DNA of 64,000 bases from Macrostomum lignano. Taxonomy: Eukaryota. Both the position numbers and the translations under genes were made by a program. Positions 1 to 12,763 of the stretch are shown here, one piece after another (position 1 is the first letter of the stretch; every line of letters begins with the position of its first letter). The notes beneath the pieces are model-generated. The model had not been told where the DNA came from, searched no databases, and saw only the letters and a list, made by a program, of their open reading frames with translations. The DNA lies in assembly GCA_002269645.1 (NCBI GenBank), contig NIVC01003680.1, positions 19,161 through 83,160 on the forward strand. The letters run 5' to 3'.

Positions 1-535
1 CGATGATTCACAAGCTCGATAATTCACAAGCTCGATAATTCACAAGCGCGATAATTGACAAGCTCGATAATTCACAAGCGTGATAATTCTCAAGCGCGAT
101 GATTCACAAGCTCGATAATTCACAAGCTCGATAATTCACAAGCGCGATAATTGACAAGCTCGATAATTCACAAGCGCGATAATTCACAAGCTCGATAATT
201 TATCACAAGCTCGATAATTCACAAGCTTGATAATTCACAAGCTCGATAATTTATTACAAGCTCGATAATTCACAAGCTCGATAATTCACAAGCGCGATAA
301 TTCACAAGCTCGATAATTCACAAGCGCGATAATTCACAAGCTTGATAATTTATCACAAGCTCGATAATTCACAAGCTTGATAATTCACAAGCTCGATAAT
401 TTATTACAAGCTCGATAATTCACAAGCTCGATAATTCAGAAGCGCGATAATTCACAAGCTCGATAATTCACAAGCTCGATAATTCACAAGCGCGATAATT
501 CACAAGCTCGATAATTCATCACAAGCTCGATAATT
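1..535. repeat. Tandem minisatellite, 16-bp unit GATAATTCACAAGCTC
   Basis: Unit repeated about 30 times with small variants; runs off the left edge. Confidence 0.95.
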
Positions 536-984
536 CATTCAAAATACGACTAAAATAGACTAGTCGGGCTCAACTCTTTGAGATGGCAGACAACTTGTAC
601 AGTGCATCCCATAAATGAAGCATGAAACTGCATAGCAACTGGCTGGGCCGCTAGGATATGAGAGATATGTTCAAGTTACAGTGGGCCTAGGAGCACACAG
701 TTCGAAATTCAAGTGGCGGAGAGGCTGCGCGAGGGTACAAATTGCAGATTGCATACACCAGTGCCGAAAAGCTAACACTTAAAGATCAGCAAAGCAGGCC
801 TCTTCTTTGCTTATACAAGCTATTCTACATGTGCAGTCACTCAGATAGCGTGAGAATCTTTGCCACCACCAGTTTTGCTACCGATGTCGCACTGTAAATT
901 TACTATTTGCAGTTGTTGAAGTTATAAAATCCTTGATTCCATGCGCGGCTACAATAAATTTTTGAGTCTTGTAGCTCGTAGACT

Positions 985-1570
<586 letters not shown>

Positions 1571-2299
1571 TAATATTAAGTTAGCTAATAATAGAACTAA
1601 TATGGATTAGTCAAAAAGTCAATATCCGCTAATACTATATAATCCTAAATGCATATGCTCATAAGCAAAATAAGCCATGTATTACGTGGCCCTGTGTGCG
1701 CGTGTCTAACTTGGCATTAGAAAGTGATGGATGCGGAATATGCATGCACCGCCATATCCATAAAGGAACTACTAAACTGAAGGGCTGCATCCACTAACTA
1801 GGCCAGATATGCGCGCCCCCACTGCATGGACCGCACACTATGTATACACAGGTCATGTAGGATTAGGCAGGGACTAATTAAAGGGGAAAATGCTAGCAGC
1901 GGAGAGGAAGGATCCTGATGGTGATGCCGTAAATGCGCCAAACTGAATCCCAGGTGACACACGTGGGTCCCAATGGAATTTTGCAAGCATTCGTAAACAG
2001 AAAAATGGGTTTTGAATAATAAAAGAAGGAAATGACGAGCTGCTTACTGCCAATCTGCTTGTTCAGCCGTCTGTCATTGTAGAGCCAGTGCTGAAAATTG
2101 GAAAAGCAAAAGAAGTGCTTTTAATAAATTAATATTTTATTGGGTGCGACAGCGTCAGTATATCTTTGAATATTTTACCCTGTAGAAGATATGCTTCACG
2201 ATCGAATCTTAATAGGAATATTCTCGAATCTCAACCAGGAGATGCTCTAGTGTGTGAGGGAATTTCTTAGAGTTGTAAATCTCAGTGTACAATCTCATT

Positions 2300-3118
2300 G
2301 TAAATCTACAAACCTCAGCGTGGGGGGGTTTCCCAGAGTGGTAAATCCATGTGTGGGGGATTTCCCAGACTGGTAAATCTCCGTGTGGGGGAATTCCCCA
2401 GACTGGTAAATCTCCGTGTGGGGGAATTCCCCAGACTGGTAAATCTCAGTGTGTGGGGGAATTCCCCAGACTGGTAAATCTCCATGTGTGGGGGAATTTC
2501 CCAGACTGGTAAATCTCCGTGTGGGGGAATTCCCCAGACTGATAAACTTCAGTGTATGGGGGGGATTTCCCAAAGCGGTAAATCTCAGTGTGTGGGGGAA
2601 TTTCCCAGACTGGTAAATCTCCGTGTGTGGGGGAATTTCCCAGACTGGTAAATCTCAGTGTGTGGGGGAATTTCGCAGACTGGTAAATCTCCGTGTGGGG
2701 GAATTCCCCAGACTGGTAAATCTCAGTGTGTGGGGGAATTTCCCAGAGCGGTAAATCTCAGTGTGTGGGGGAATTTCCCAGAGCGGTAAATCTCAGTGTG
2801 TGGGGGAATTTTCCAGAGTGGTAAATCTCAGTGTGTGGGGGAATTTCCCAGAGCGGTAAATCTCAGTGTGTATGGGGGGATTTCCCAGAGCGGTAAATCT
2901 CAGTGTGTGGGGGAATTTCCCAGAGCGGTAAATCTCAGTGTGTGGGAGAATTTCCCAGAGCGGTAAATCTCAGTGTGTATGGGGGGATTTCCCAGAGCGG
3001 TAAATCTCAGTGTGTGGGGGAATTTCCCAGAGCGGTAAATCTCAGTGTGTGGGGGAATTTCCCAGAGCGGTAAATCTCAGTGTGTATGGGGGGATTTCCC
3101 AGAGTGGTAAATCTTAGT
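2300..3118. repeat. Tandem minisatellite, ~33-37-bp unit GTAAATCTCAGTGTGTGGGGGAATTTCCCAGAGCG
   Basis: About 23 units; explains the ORF at 2295-2573. Confidence 0.95.
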
Positions 3119-3784
3119 GCCCGCTATCTGAAGCCCTGGGAATCATCCCAGCGAGCCAATGAATAACCCCCGGCAAACAATGGGCGAATCCCACCTACCA
3201 ATATCCGGTCAGATTAATAATATTCCTCATCAACTCAAATTCTTTTTGAGCCCGCCCCCGCGCCACCTGACAGCCAATATAATTATCTCACACCTCTATT
3301 AGGCCAGAAAAATCCCACCAGGAAGTCAGCGTTGCTCGCGCTGGGCTTAAAAAATGCTCGAATAAAAAGGAAGAAAAACTGAGGCCAGGAAATATGTATA
3401 TATATTTCCGCATATATATATATGCGGTCAGGGGTCACGTGACCTGCAGCTGGGTTGGCCTCATCAGGGGAGATTGGGCGGCTTGAGGCAGAGTTTTGGG
3501 GGAGTTTTCCCGTTAATTGGCAATCACGGTGGAGAAAGAGAGGAATGGAAAAAAGTTCAAAAGAGGGGGACCAGAGGGCAGTGGCGAGAGGGTTTCTCTG
3601 CTTCTTTCCTTCCCCGCCAATGGCGCTCGTCAATCTATTATAGAACCAACTCCCAAAAATATCGCATTGAAAGTGCCGCCAGATCTGTCCGTTTCCTTTT
3701 TACAGTCCGTTTGCTCAGATAGAGGGAGATTATGTACTTTTGCATGGACCAGAAATAAAAATTAATTTGGAAACCCGAGGGAGC

Positions 3785-4420
3785 GCAGGAGGGCGCCAGA
3801 GTGGGTATGGAAGAGGCGCCAGGAGGAGTATGGAAGGGGGCGCCAGAGTGGGTATGGAAGAGGCGCCAGGAGGGGTATGGAAGGGGGCGCCAGAGTGGGT
3901 ATGGAAGAGGCGCCAGGAGGAGTATGGAAGGGGGCGCCAGAGTGGGTATGGAAGAGGCGCCAGGAGGAGTATGGAAGGGGGCGCCAGGGTGGATATGGAA
4001 GAGGCGCCAGGAGGAGTATGGAAGGGGGCGCCAGGGTGGATATGGAAGAGGCGCCAGGGTGGGTATCGAAGGGGGCGCCAGGGTGGGTATCGAAGGGGGC
4101 GCCACGGTGGGTATCGAAGGGGGCGCCAGGGTGGGTATCGAAGGGGGCGCCAGGGTGGGTATCGAAGGGGGCACCAAACGGACACCAATGGGGCGCCAGG
4201 ATGGGTATCAAAGGGAGCGCCAAAGAGACAAGAGGGCGCCAGGATGGGTATGGAAGGGGGCGCCAGGGTGGGTATAAAAGGGGCGCCAGGGTGGGTATCG
4301 AAGGGGGCGCCAAACAGACAAGACGGCGCCAGGATGGGTGTGGAAGGGGCGTCAAACGGACACTAATAGGGCGCCAGGAAGGGAGCAGAAGGAGGCGCTA
4401 AGGCATGGGAAGATGGCGCC
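3785..4420. repeat. GC-rich minisatellite, 22-24-bp units built on GGCGCCAGGGTGGGTAT(C/G)GAAG
   Basis: Direct repeats visible; lies in the intron downstream of the FERM exon ending at 4538; explains six overlapping repetitive ORFs. Confidence 0.93.
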
Positions 4421-4537
4421 AAGAAGGGCTATAAAGGACACCAGAAAGGGAGCGGAGGGAGGCGCCAGAAAATGTGCGGAAGGAAGGATGCAAAGCAAAT
4501 GTACTATTATATAGTTAACAAGCAATGCCCAACTCAC

Positions 4538-5151
4538 AAAAATGTGCGTAGAGTCCCGATAGCACAGGCCGAAGTATTCTTTCTCGCGCAGACAGAGAAA
4601 CTTGCAGGTCTCGTCGAACAAATCCTGCGCTTTGGAGGCCGGCTGCGATCAAATAGAAAGAAGAAGAGGGCAAGAAAAAATCCATCAATGAAATATTGGG
4701 TAAACGGAAATAGATCAATTTCCTGGGAAACTTCTTTTGTTAAATTAGGCAATCCAAAAAAGTGCATACTGAATAATTAGAAAAGCATTTTATTGCTCAC
4801 GTCAACTTCAAAGGAATTAACCGATCCGTCCAGCATCACAACCAGGCACTCGCGCATCTTCACCGAACCCAGGCGCCGAATGCCGCCGCCGCCTCCCTCT
4901 GACTGCCTCTGCAGTGTCGGCTGCATAGTGGCGCCCTGGTCGCGCAGTGTGTAATAATCTCGCTTGGAGATCGTGTCCGCCTCGCCGACTCGGCTATCGC
5001 TGTGAGGCAGCACCTGCTGCTGCTGCTGCTGCGGAGGCGGCTGCTGAGGCTGAGGATGACGAGGCTGCACTTCTTCAGTGTCATTTTCTGTGGCCTGAGC
5101 TGCCTGAACAGCGGGTTCGCTACTGCCGCTGGCCTGAAGCTGGGGTTCCTC
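4538..5151 (-). CDS. Band 4.1/FERM-domain protein, two internal exons (5151-4801 and 4642-4538); gene continues outside these exons
   Basis: Spliced translation ...MRECLVVMLDGSVNSFEVD|PASKAQDLFDETCKFLCLREKEYFGLCYRDSTHIF matches the FERM N-lobe pattern (C.V.LLD...F.V, LFD.VC..L.L.E.DYFGL). Both exons are phase 0 with CAG acceptors and GTGAG donors. The next FERM exon (WLD...) was not found within 1-4500. Confidence 0.9.
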
Positions 5152-7084
5152 CTGGGATGCAGAACATTGAAATTAAATCAATTATAAAAAGTTATAAAAT
5201 ATGGCTTAATTATCATACCGAAAAAAATCTCTATAAACTTTTTGCTTTTAGCCACTATTATCTACATGTATGACTATATCTCTACTTAATTTCAAAATCT
5301 GTCTATAAAAAATTAAAGGTTGGATAAGATCCAAATTTCTAGTCCTATTGTTGTATTGGGATCCAAATCTAGACAATTTAGCTCTTATCCAACTTACTCT
5401 TAGCTATTATTATTACTATCATGAATTGTATCTCTATAAATAATTGATGTTTCTTGAGATAATTCTTGTTAAAAAATTCTTATTAAATCAAGTCCAATTA
5501 GTGATTCAGCTAGGATATAAAGATCTAATTGGTCATAGTATCAATTTATTATATGAATCTATATAAGACAAAGAAAAAAAGGGTTTCAAACTAAAAGCAA
5601 CCCATTATATGGTTAGCTTATTTAATAGTCTCAATTTGTTTATAGCAATTACCTTTATAATATATTCATTATATATTTCTTGTCAATATTATCAGAAGAC
5701 TATCATAAGATATATCCTTATAAATATAAGATATAAGCTTAAGTTAATGTTTGTCTTATTAATATTCTTTAGTTTTGCATTACAAATCAAATAAATTTTT
5801 ATGAACTAAATTGTTATTGGTATATTCCAATAAATATAAGATAGAATATTAGTTTGATTTAAATATAGCATAATTCAAATATTTTTTTCATTTGAAAAAT
5901 ATCTCTATTTAATAAAATTATCATTTCCATTGATTGTAAAAAATCTAAATTCAATGATTGAAATTTGGAATACATTTTTTTCTATCAATATGGTAACTAT
6001 TTAAGCAATTTGGCTACAATATTTTTTGAATTGAATAGTATTTTGTACTAATAAATTCCCAAAGATATTCATAGAGTCACTTGAACAAAAACTTTTTTCA
6101 AAAGCAATTTTAACATAAAAATTTTACGATAATAATTATTTTGATAGAAAATGTTCAATTATAAACTGAATCCTCTAATTAATAGAGCACCTTAAAGATT
6201 GCAAAATTCTTATTTAAACTTCACCTTTATAGTTAGTTCAATAGTTAGAAAGGAGGTTCAATTCCTATGAACTTAAATTTATTGCAAAAAATATTCATTT
6301 AAATTATCAAACAAGCGACAAGTGCTTCTTAGGTAATGATCAAGTATAATAACAAGTATCAAGTAAGGTATTGGTTAATTAATAAAAGTTATTTTATTTA
6401 TTTGTTATTTGAATCAACCAAAGCAAATTTAAAGAACTAATTAAAATGAACTAAATTAACTGAAACCTAATTATGATTTAGGCGCCTGATTTTGATTCCT
6501 CCCCCCCCACTTCAAACCCTCGGGAAGAAGCATTGTATTGTGTTTAAATACGACTTTAAATTGTGAATAATTTGCTGACGATAAAAAATTATTTGAATTT
6601 TTAAACATTCTGCAATAGTAATATTGCAAAATCTAGAAACCTTCTAGAAATAAAAAGCCCCACGCCCTAGACTAGCTCGGTATTGGCGAGAATTAAAATA
6701 TCTTTCGAGGAAAAAAACAGATTTTCAAATTATCTGATTTTTGCGAGTTATCACTTTATTGTCGTAAATTACGATGCTAAATAAAGGTTACCAAAATCTT
6801 CGTCACACCTGACCTTGTCGCACAAATAGTATTAGCAGCTCGTAATGGGTACTATTATTACTACTAAGCTACATTTTGTAATACGCTCGTAGTATTAGTT
6901 GTTATTATGTTCACCACAACTCCTTAAATAGGCCTTTTTAAAACACTAACTAGTGTGCAGTGTAAGGATTCATCATTTTCGCCTGTTTTATTTCAATCAG
7001 GTAGGAGTCCTAAATACAGAAGGACTGAATAATTTCTTATTTTCTTTATTTAATTTACTTTTGCTGATTAAACATTTTTTTATT

Positions 7085-7440
7085 AGAGGCAGGGGGGTTG
7101 TGTGCACCCTGGCGCACTTTAAGCGACATTGGCACACAACCGGCGAGAGGCATTACTGCCCATTCCGCCGACTCCCCTGAGCAGGCATACAAGCGCGCGG
7201 ATACGTACGCAGGCACACACTCACACAGGAGTGTACAGCGGCCCTAACTTTATATTATCGTTAGGCATGTACACTTCACTGCGCCTTGGGGGGGTTGGCC
7301 CTCAAGGCCGTTAATTGCACGAGCAGAGCCAAGCCGAGATTCCAATTCAGCCCCAAATTAATGTGACTGCACTTGGAATCGAGCCTGGGTCGCTTCGCTG
7401 GCACACCAGAGCAGCTGCGCTACCGCTGGGCTACGGCCCC
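7085..7440 (-). mobile_element. tRNA-derived SINE, family A copy 1
   Basis: Minus strand starts GGGGCCGTAGCCCAGCGGTAG (A box) and has GGCTCGATTCC (B box). The body is nearly colinear with 62590-62875. Confidence 0.85.
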
Positions 7441-8456
7441 AACCTGATTAAACATGCTTATCATAAAAAAGTCACACTGTTTGATTTGAGGCTTACTGTG
7501 TACACGTACCTGTCTTGCAACACCTCACAAAACGCGTCGATTATTCGCAAAAAATAATAGCGTTTAGTTCTGCCTATTACTATACATCGACATATTAAAT
7601 AGATTATTTTCTAAACATTCTAATAAGGAATATTTTCACTTAAATCATTCTTAGTCAAGAGTTCGTCTTCCTCTATTCAGTGCGACGTTCGATCATAGAG
7701 CCCCAAAGAGCGTTTGTTTCTCTTTTTTGGCTATCTCTCAACTGGAACAGCACCGACGACAGTCGACTCGGCCAATTTCGTCTCAAGGGTTTTCGAAGAC
7801 TTACTGAAGGCGAATGGTACGATCATTGACAGTTTCAATTTTACCATTCTTAAGCAACTCTAATATTTCGCTGAAAGGAGTAATCGAAGGTCGAGTTGAT
7901 GGAGTCCCCATGGATCGCTCTCAGAAACGGTTACGATCATTCCTGGGAGCCCCTGTGCAATAAAAATCCTCAGAGCGTACATGATTGACACCGCACGCGC
8001 TGACTTTACATCAGCGGAGTTGATGCTTACACCCGCGATCGGTACTCGATTGTCACCTGCTGTATAGTGCCTTCCTATTTAATGTTTCCAATTAACGGCG
8101 TCAGGATGATGACTGCATCATGATCGAATGCTGGAAGAGACGAGTTGAGGATTCACAAGTAGCTCCTCAGGTTTTCCCCCAAGTCAATTGACCGGCAGCG
8201 ATATCGCAAATCGAACATATTCGCAACAGAGTCCATAGTCTCATGGTTTCATCCAGCTGTTATATGTACCGGTAGGTTCAGATCAATATAGCAGCTCCGC
8301 CAAGGTGAATGTCAGAGGCCATGAACAAAGTCAGCAGCGCTGATGAAGTATGAATTGGGTTGACAAAGGCCACACTGATCGAGGCACATTTACTACATGT
8401 ACGAGTGCATGTATTCATAAATAACATCTGGTGTGTACTGATCAAATTACTGTAGC

Positions 8457-8906
8457 GCTTATGGAAAAAATCAGACCTTCTGGCAGAATCATGAATGTCT
8501 CAATGTCTGGGGGAGTGGAAACGCGCATGCAGATCTTCGTTTGAAAAGGCGCAGCGCAGAAATTACCGTTGCAAGGTGCATCGAATTTTGTGCATATAAA
8601 TTTTGAGCCAAAAGACATTGTCAGCTTAATTCAAGTAGTCTTTGAAGTTTTTGCAACACTTACACAATTTACACAACAACTTAAATACTGCAATCGTAAA
8701 AGTACATGTATACATACGCTCGTAAAAGCTACTTATTGGATAAACTGTGCAGGTATTCATGGAAAGGTGCAGAAAAAACTTCGGCTATGCCAGAATGGAG
8801 CGTGTCAAATTCCAATATTCATATTGATGTTTCAAGTCTGGACGAAGCAGATTGGGTAAAGAGCATCGCGGAAAAAATTTTAGTTTCGATTGAGATGAAA
8901 TCGTGA
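8457..8906 (+). CDS. Putative last two exons of an unknown gene (about 8457-8574 and 8750-8906)
   Basis: Acceptor TACTGTAG, then AYGKNQTFWQNHECLNVWGSGNAHADLRLKRRSAEITVAR, donor AG|GTGCAT, acceptor TGTGCAG|G, then YSWKGAEKTSAMPEWSVSNSNIHIDVSSLDEADWVKSIAEKILVSIEMKS*. Phases agree; no family recognised. Confidence 0.3.
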
Positions 8907-9584
8907 GACCCGAGAAGGCATAGCAGTTGCTTTGTAATAGTTTGCTCCCCAATCTTGATTGAAACTCGACGGCTACTTTCTATATTTAAAGTCCACGAGG
9001 CCCTCAGCCCCCCGCTTTGCCTCCATCCGCCCGCCTGCTCAGCATCCCCAAATTCCTCCTGGGGGATCGGGATGAGGCTGCAGACTGGTGGAATCGGTCG
9101 AGGAGAGAAGAGGGGAGGACGGGAGCAGCCGACGGGAAATTGATTGCCAGACCCGTGGTCGTCGTCATCAACATTTTCTTGATTTTATTTTTCCCAGTTC
9201 TGCCCAGTCCGCAGTACTAGTCCTCCCAAATTCCCCCTTCGCGTCATCAATCGAGTCGGTCTATTTTGTTTCTAGCTCGTACATGAATGTTACTTTCAGT
9301 TCTTTCTTCCCTGGTGATCAGCGTCTACACTGTACGTTGCACTGCATTTTAATTGCTTTCGGCTTGTGAGTGAATACTCACATAAGAATTAACGCTGTAA
9401 AATTGACATTGAATTTGTAATGTAGCTCCTAGGCTACATAAAGATCTTATAGTACGTCGACAAAGCTTCACCCTTTAGCTGACAACCATTTCCTAACTGT
9501 ATAGACTGACAGACTGACCTACAGTTTTACTTACAATTCCACCTGCTATGATAATCTGGCCTACTTTTCTGACTTATAATCTGA

Positions 9585-10200
9585 CCTGCTGATCAATCTG
9601 ACCTGCTGATCAATCTGACCTGCTGATCAATCTGACCTGCTGATCAATCTGACCTGCTGATCAATCTGACCTGCTGATCAATCTGACCTGCTGATCAATC
9701 TGACCTGCTGATCAATCTGACCTGCTGATCAATCTGACCTGCTGATCAATCTGACCTGCTGATCAATCTGACCTGCTGATCAATCTGACCTGCTGATCAA
9801 TCTGACCTGCTGATCAATCTGACCTGCTGATCAATCTGACCTGCTGATCAATCTGACCTGCTGATCAATCTGACCTGCTGATCAGTCTGACCTGCTGATC
9901 AATCTGACCTGCTGATCAATCTGACCTGCTGATCAATCTGACCTGCTGATCAATCTGACCTGCTGATCAGTCTGACCTGCTGATCAATCTGACCTGCTGA
10001 TCAATCTGACCTGCTGATCAATCTGACCTGCTGATCAGTCTGACCTGCTGATCAATCTGACCTGCTGATCAATCTGACCTGCTGATCAATCTGACCTGCT
10101 GATCAATCTGACCTGCTGATCAATCTGACCTGCTGATCAATCTGACCTGCTGATCAATCTGACCTGCTGATCAATCTGACCTGCTAATCAATCTGACGCA
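9585..10200. repeat. Highly homogeneous 17-bp tandem repeat CTGACCTGCTGATCAAT
   Basis: About 36 almost identical head-to-tail copies with no spacers. Confidence 0.97.
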
Positions 10201-12763
10201 CTGATCAACATTGGCTAACAGTAATCAGACCTCAACGCTATAATAGAGCTTCAACAGCTGATAAAAGCCTATTGAACACATGAACCATCTTGCTAATTAA
10301 GAACTCACATTATGCAGCTCGTAGTTCCTGTGCAAGAAGCCGTGACTGAGCGGCCTGGCTGGTCGGCAGAATTCGCGAAACAGACGGTACTCGGGTATGA
10401 CCTCGCATACTGAAGCGCACGACGACTGCGACCGCGACTGCGACCGAGTCGGATTGTCGATGCTACGCGACCAGACCAGTCGAAACGGCTCATGCTGCTG
10501 GCCATCAGCGGCATCTGTGGGAGTCGGCTGCTGGCTACAGCTGACGCTGCGAACAAATTCGATTGCGCTCACAAATCGCCGCATTTGAATACACCACGCT
10601 GCATTATAAATGATGATGCTTCCAATGCATATGCATGCTGTGCTCAAAGCCTTCAAGGCGCTTTCGCTGACGTAAAACTTTTCTGTCACTCAGGAAACCT
10701 GTTGCTCTGTTAAGTTTGATCATGAAATTTTGTTCCAATTTGGCTACAACCGTTGACCAATGCGAGCTTTGCAATAAATGCATATAAGACTATACTATAT
10801 GCGCTTCGACACTCGTCTCAGTAACTCTCTACATGCATAGAGTAGGTCACTTCGGCCACTCAGATTCTGCGCTTTACCTCTGGCAACGAATGGCCATTGG
10901 TTTCTGCAGTTGCTGGATAACGGCGATCGACTGGGCTGCATGGACCTCGGGCTTGCTCGCGGCTACTCTGGTAGACGATGCAGCTGAAAGGCCGGGGTGC
11001 TTATAGACAGAATTACTGACCCTAAGGCAACGCTGCTCCCATTTTACTCTCAATAACAACGCTGTGTGCATGTATAGCTTCAGCGATAATGAACTACGAG
11101 TAATATCTGTCTTTAATGCTATTTCTCCCTCCGTTTTACTAGATGGACAACAATAATCAGACGGGATTATGATGAGTTGCTACTTATATTTTAACTTGAT
11201 TTGATATATATGTATATGTACTTTTTAAATTACACCTGTTTATATATTCAGCCGATCGCGTACGTCGTTATATCCGTCGATGTAATGTACGAATAACGAC
11301 GTGTGTACGCTGAAAGATGATATACTTTTACAAGCTCAAGCAGCTTCTAAAGCACAGACAATTATACATGTTTAGGTGTTAAGGTATGTAATTTTTCTGG
11401 TGACGAGGTGTTTTAAATAGAGTACGTTTACGTGTATTAACAGCTAAAGATATCAGTGTATAAGCACAAATACTAAACTACGTGCACCAATTTACAGTAA
11501 TGCGAAGAACCTAGCTAGGATCTAAAGTGCGATTTAAGTCGAAGGAACTTTTTAGAAATTAGGAACTTAGAAATTAGAAATTAGGAATTAGGAATTATGA
11601 AGAACTTAGGAATTAGAACTTAGGAACTTCTTAGAAATTTTTGGGGCTGGGATTTCCCTAAAAGACACTACGAAGATACGTACATGTACATTTGTACATG
11701 TGTAAAGTATTTTACATGTACACATGTACATATACATTTAAAGTATTTTAGGCACAAAAATTGCCATATGTTTTTTATGGGAAGTAGATCGAAGGGGCTG
11801 ATGTTTTTAGTATAACATTGCTCATTGATTTGGCAAAACTTTTTATAAATGATATTCGTATAACTTTACACATTCTTTGCAGGAAAAAAGAAATTAAATT
11901 TTTCTCCGTAGTATGATTTTCGCGCAAAACAGTGCGCTATAATAGCCCTTTAAAAGTTTTCGAAGAAACAAGCTGAGGTTTCCCTACTCTTTGCTCAAGT
12001 CGTCATTAGCTAAACCACCGTATTCCACTGTATTCCAACGTATTTTACATTTATGGTATGCTTTTCGTTTAAAATCATTTAACATTTAAATAAATTAGCT
12101 CGATGCTGTATGTATCTTATCTATAGAAATTAAAAAGCATGTAAAATAAAAAAACGAGTATATTATTTGGGTGCATAGTTAACTGCTAAAATATCGTATT
12201 ATGTGGCATTTATTACTCTGGGTAAAAGTTTCGTTCTTAAAAAATTCAAACTGTCAAGTAATAAAAAAAGATGAGTTTTAATTTTCCGGATTTTTTTCTA
12301 ATGATTACACATACATAAACAAAACGTTATTTTAAGAGGGTAAGGTATTTATTTGAGATATTTATTTGTGTTTTTATTGTTAAAATAAAAAAATAGTACT
12401 CTATATTTGCTTTCTTGCTTTCTTACGTCTCTTTCCGCAACTTAAATTGAGTTTTCGTGGATATTGAGGTACTAATTTGAGATGAGCACATTGGCTGGCG
12501 ACTTAAAAGCTTTTTAAAGAGAGTTCCAAATGCGTGATTCGTGAAGTTTAGCTATCAAATGAAATACCAAGGTTACAGGGTGGAGTAGAAACTCTTGAGT
12601 TGAATTCTAATCAAAGAAGCTATACTTGATGTCCCGGAATCACTGAAACGATTGAATGATTATGTAGCAGATTCAAATGTATAAAAAAACACTTCCAAAT
12701 ATTCTTGAGGCAAGTATTCTAAAAGAATACAATTGTTTTTAGTCGTCGAAAAGACGTTTACTT

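Noticed and set aside
3638-4401. Overlapping Gly/Arg/Pro-rich ORFs
   Set aside because: Produced by a GC-rich minisatellite that is open in most frames; no unique domain or splice support.
5200-6450. Very AT-rich stretch with a tRNA T-arm-like AGGAGGTTCAATTCCT (about 6251) considered as a mitochondrial insertion
   Set aside because: No cloverleaf and no mitochondrial protein or rRNA motif recognisable.
9585-10200. Very regular short repeat considered as a CRISPR array
   Set aside because: Head-to-tail units with no unique spacers, no cas genes, and a eukaryotic context. The same applies to all other arrays in the window.
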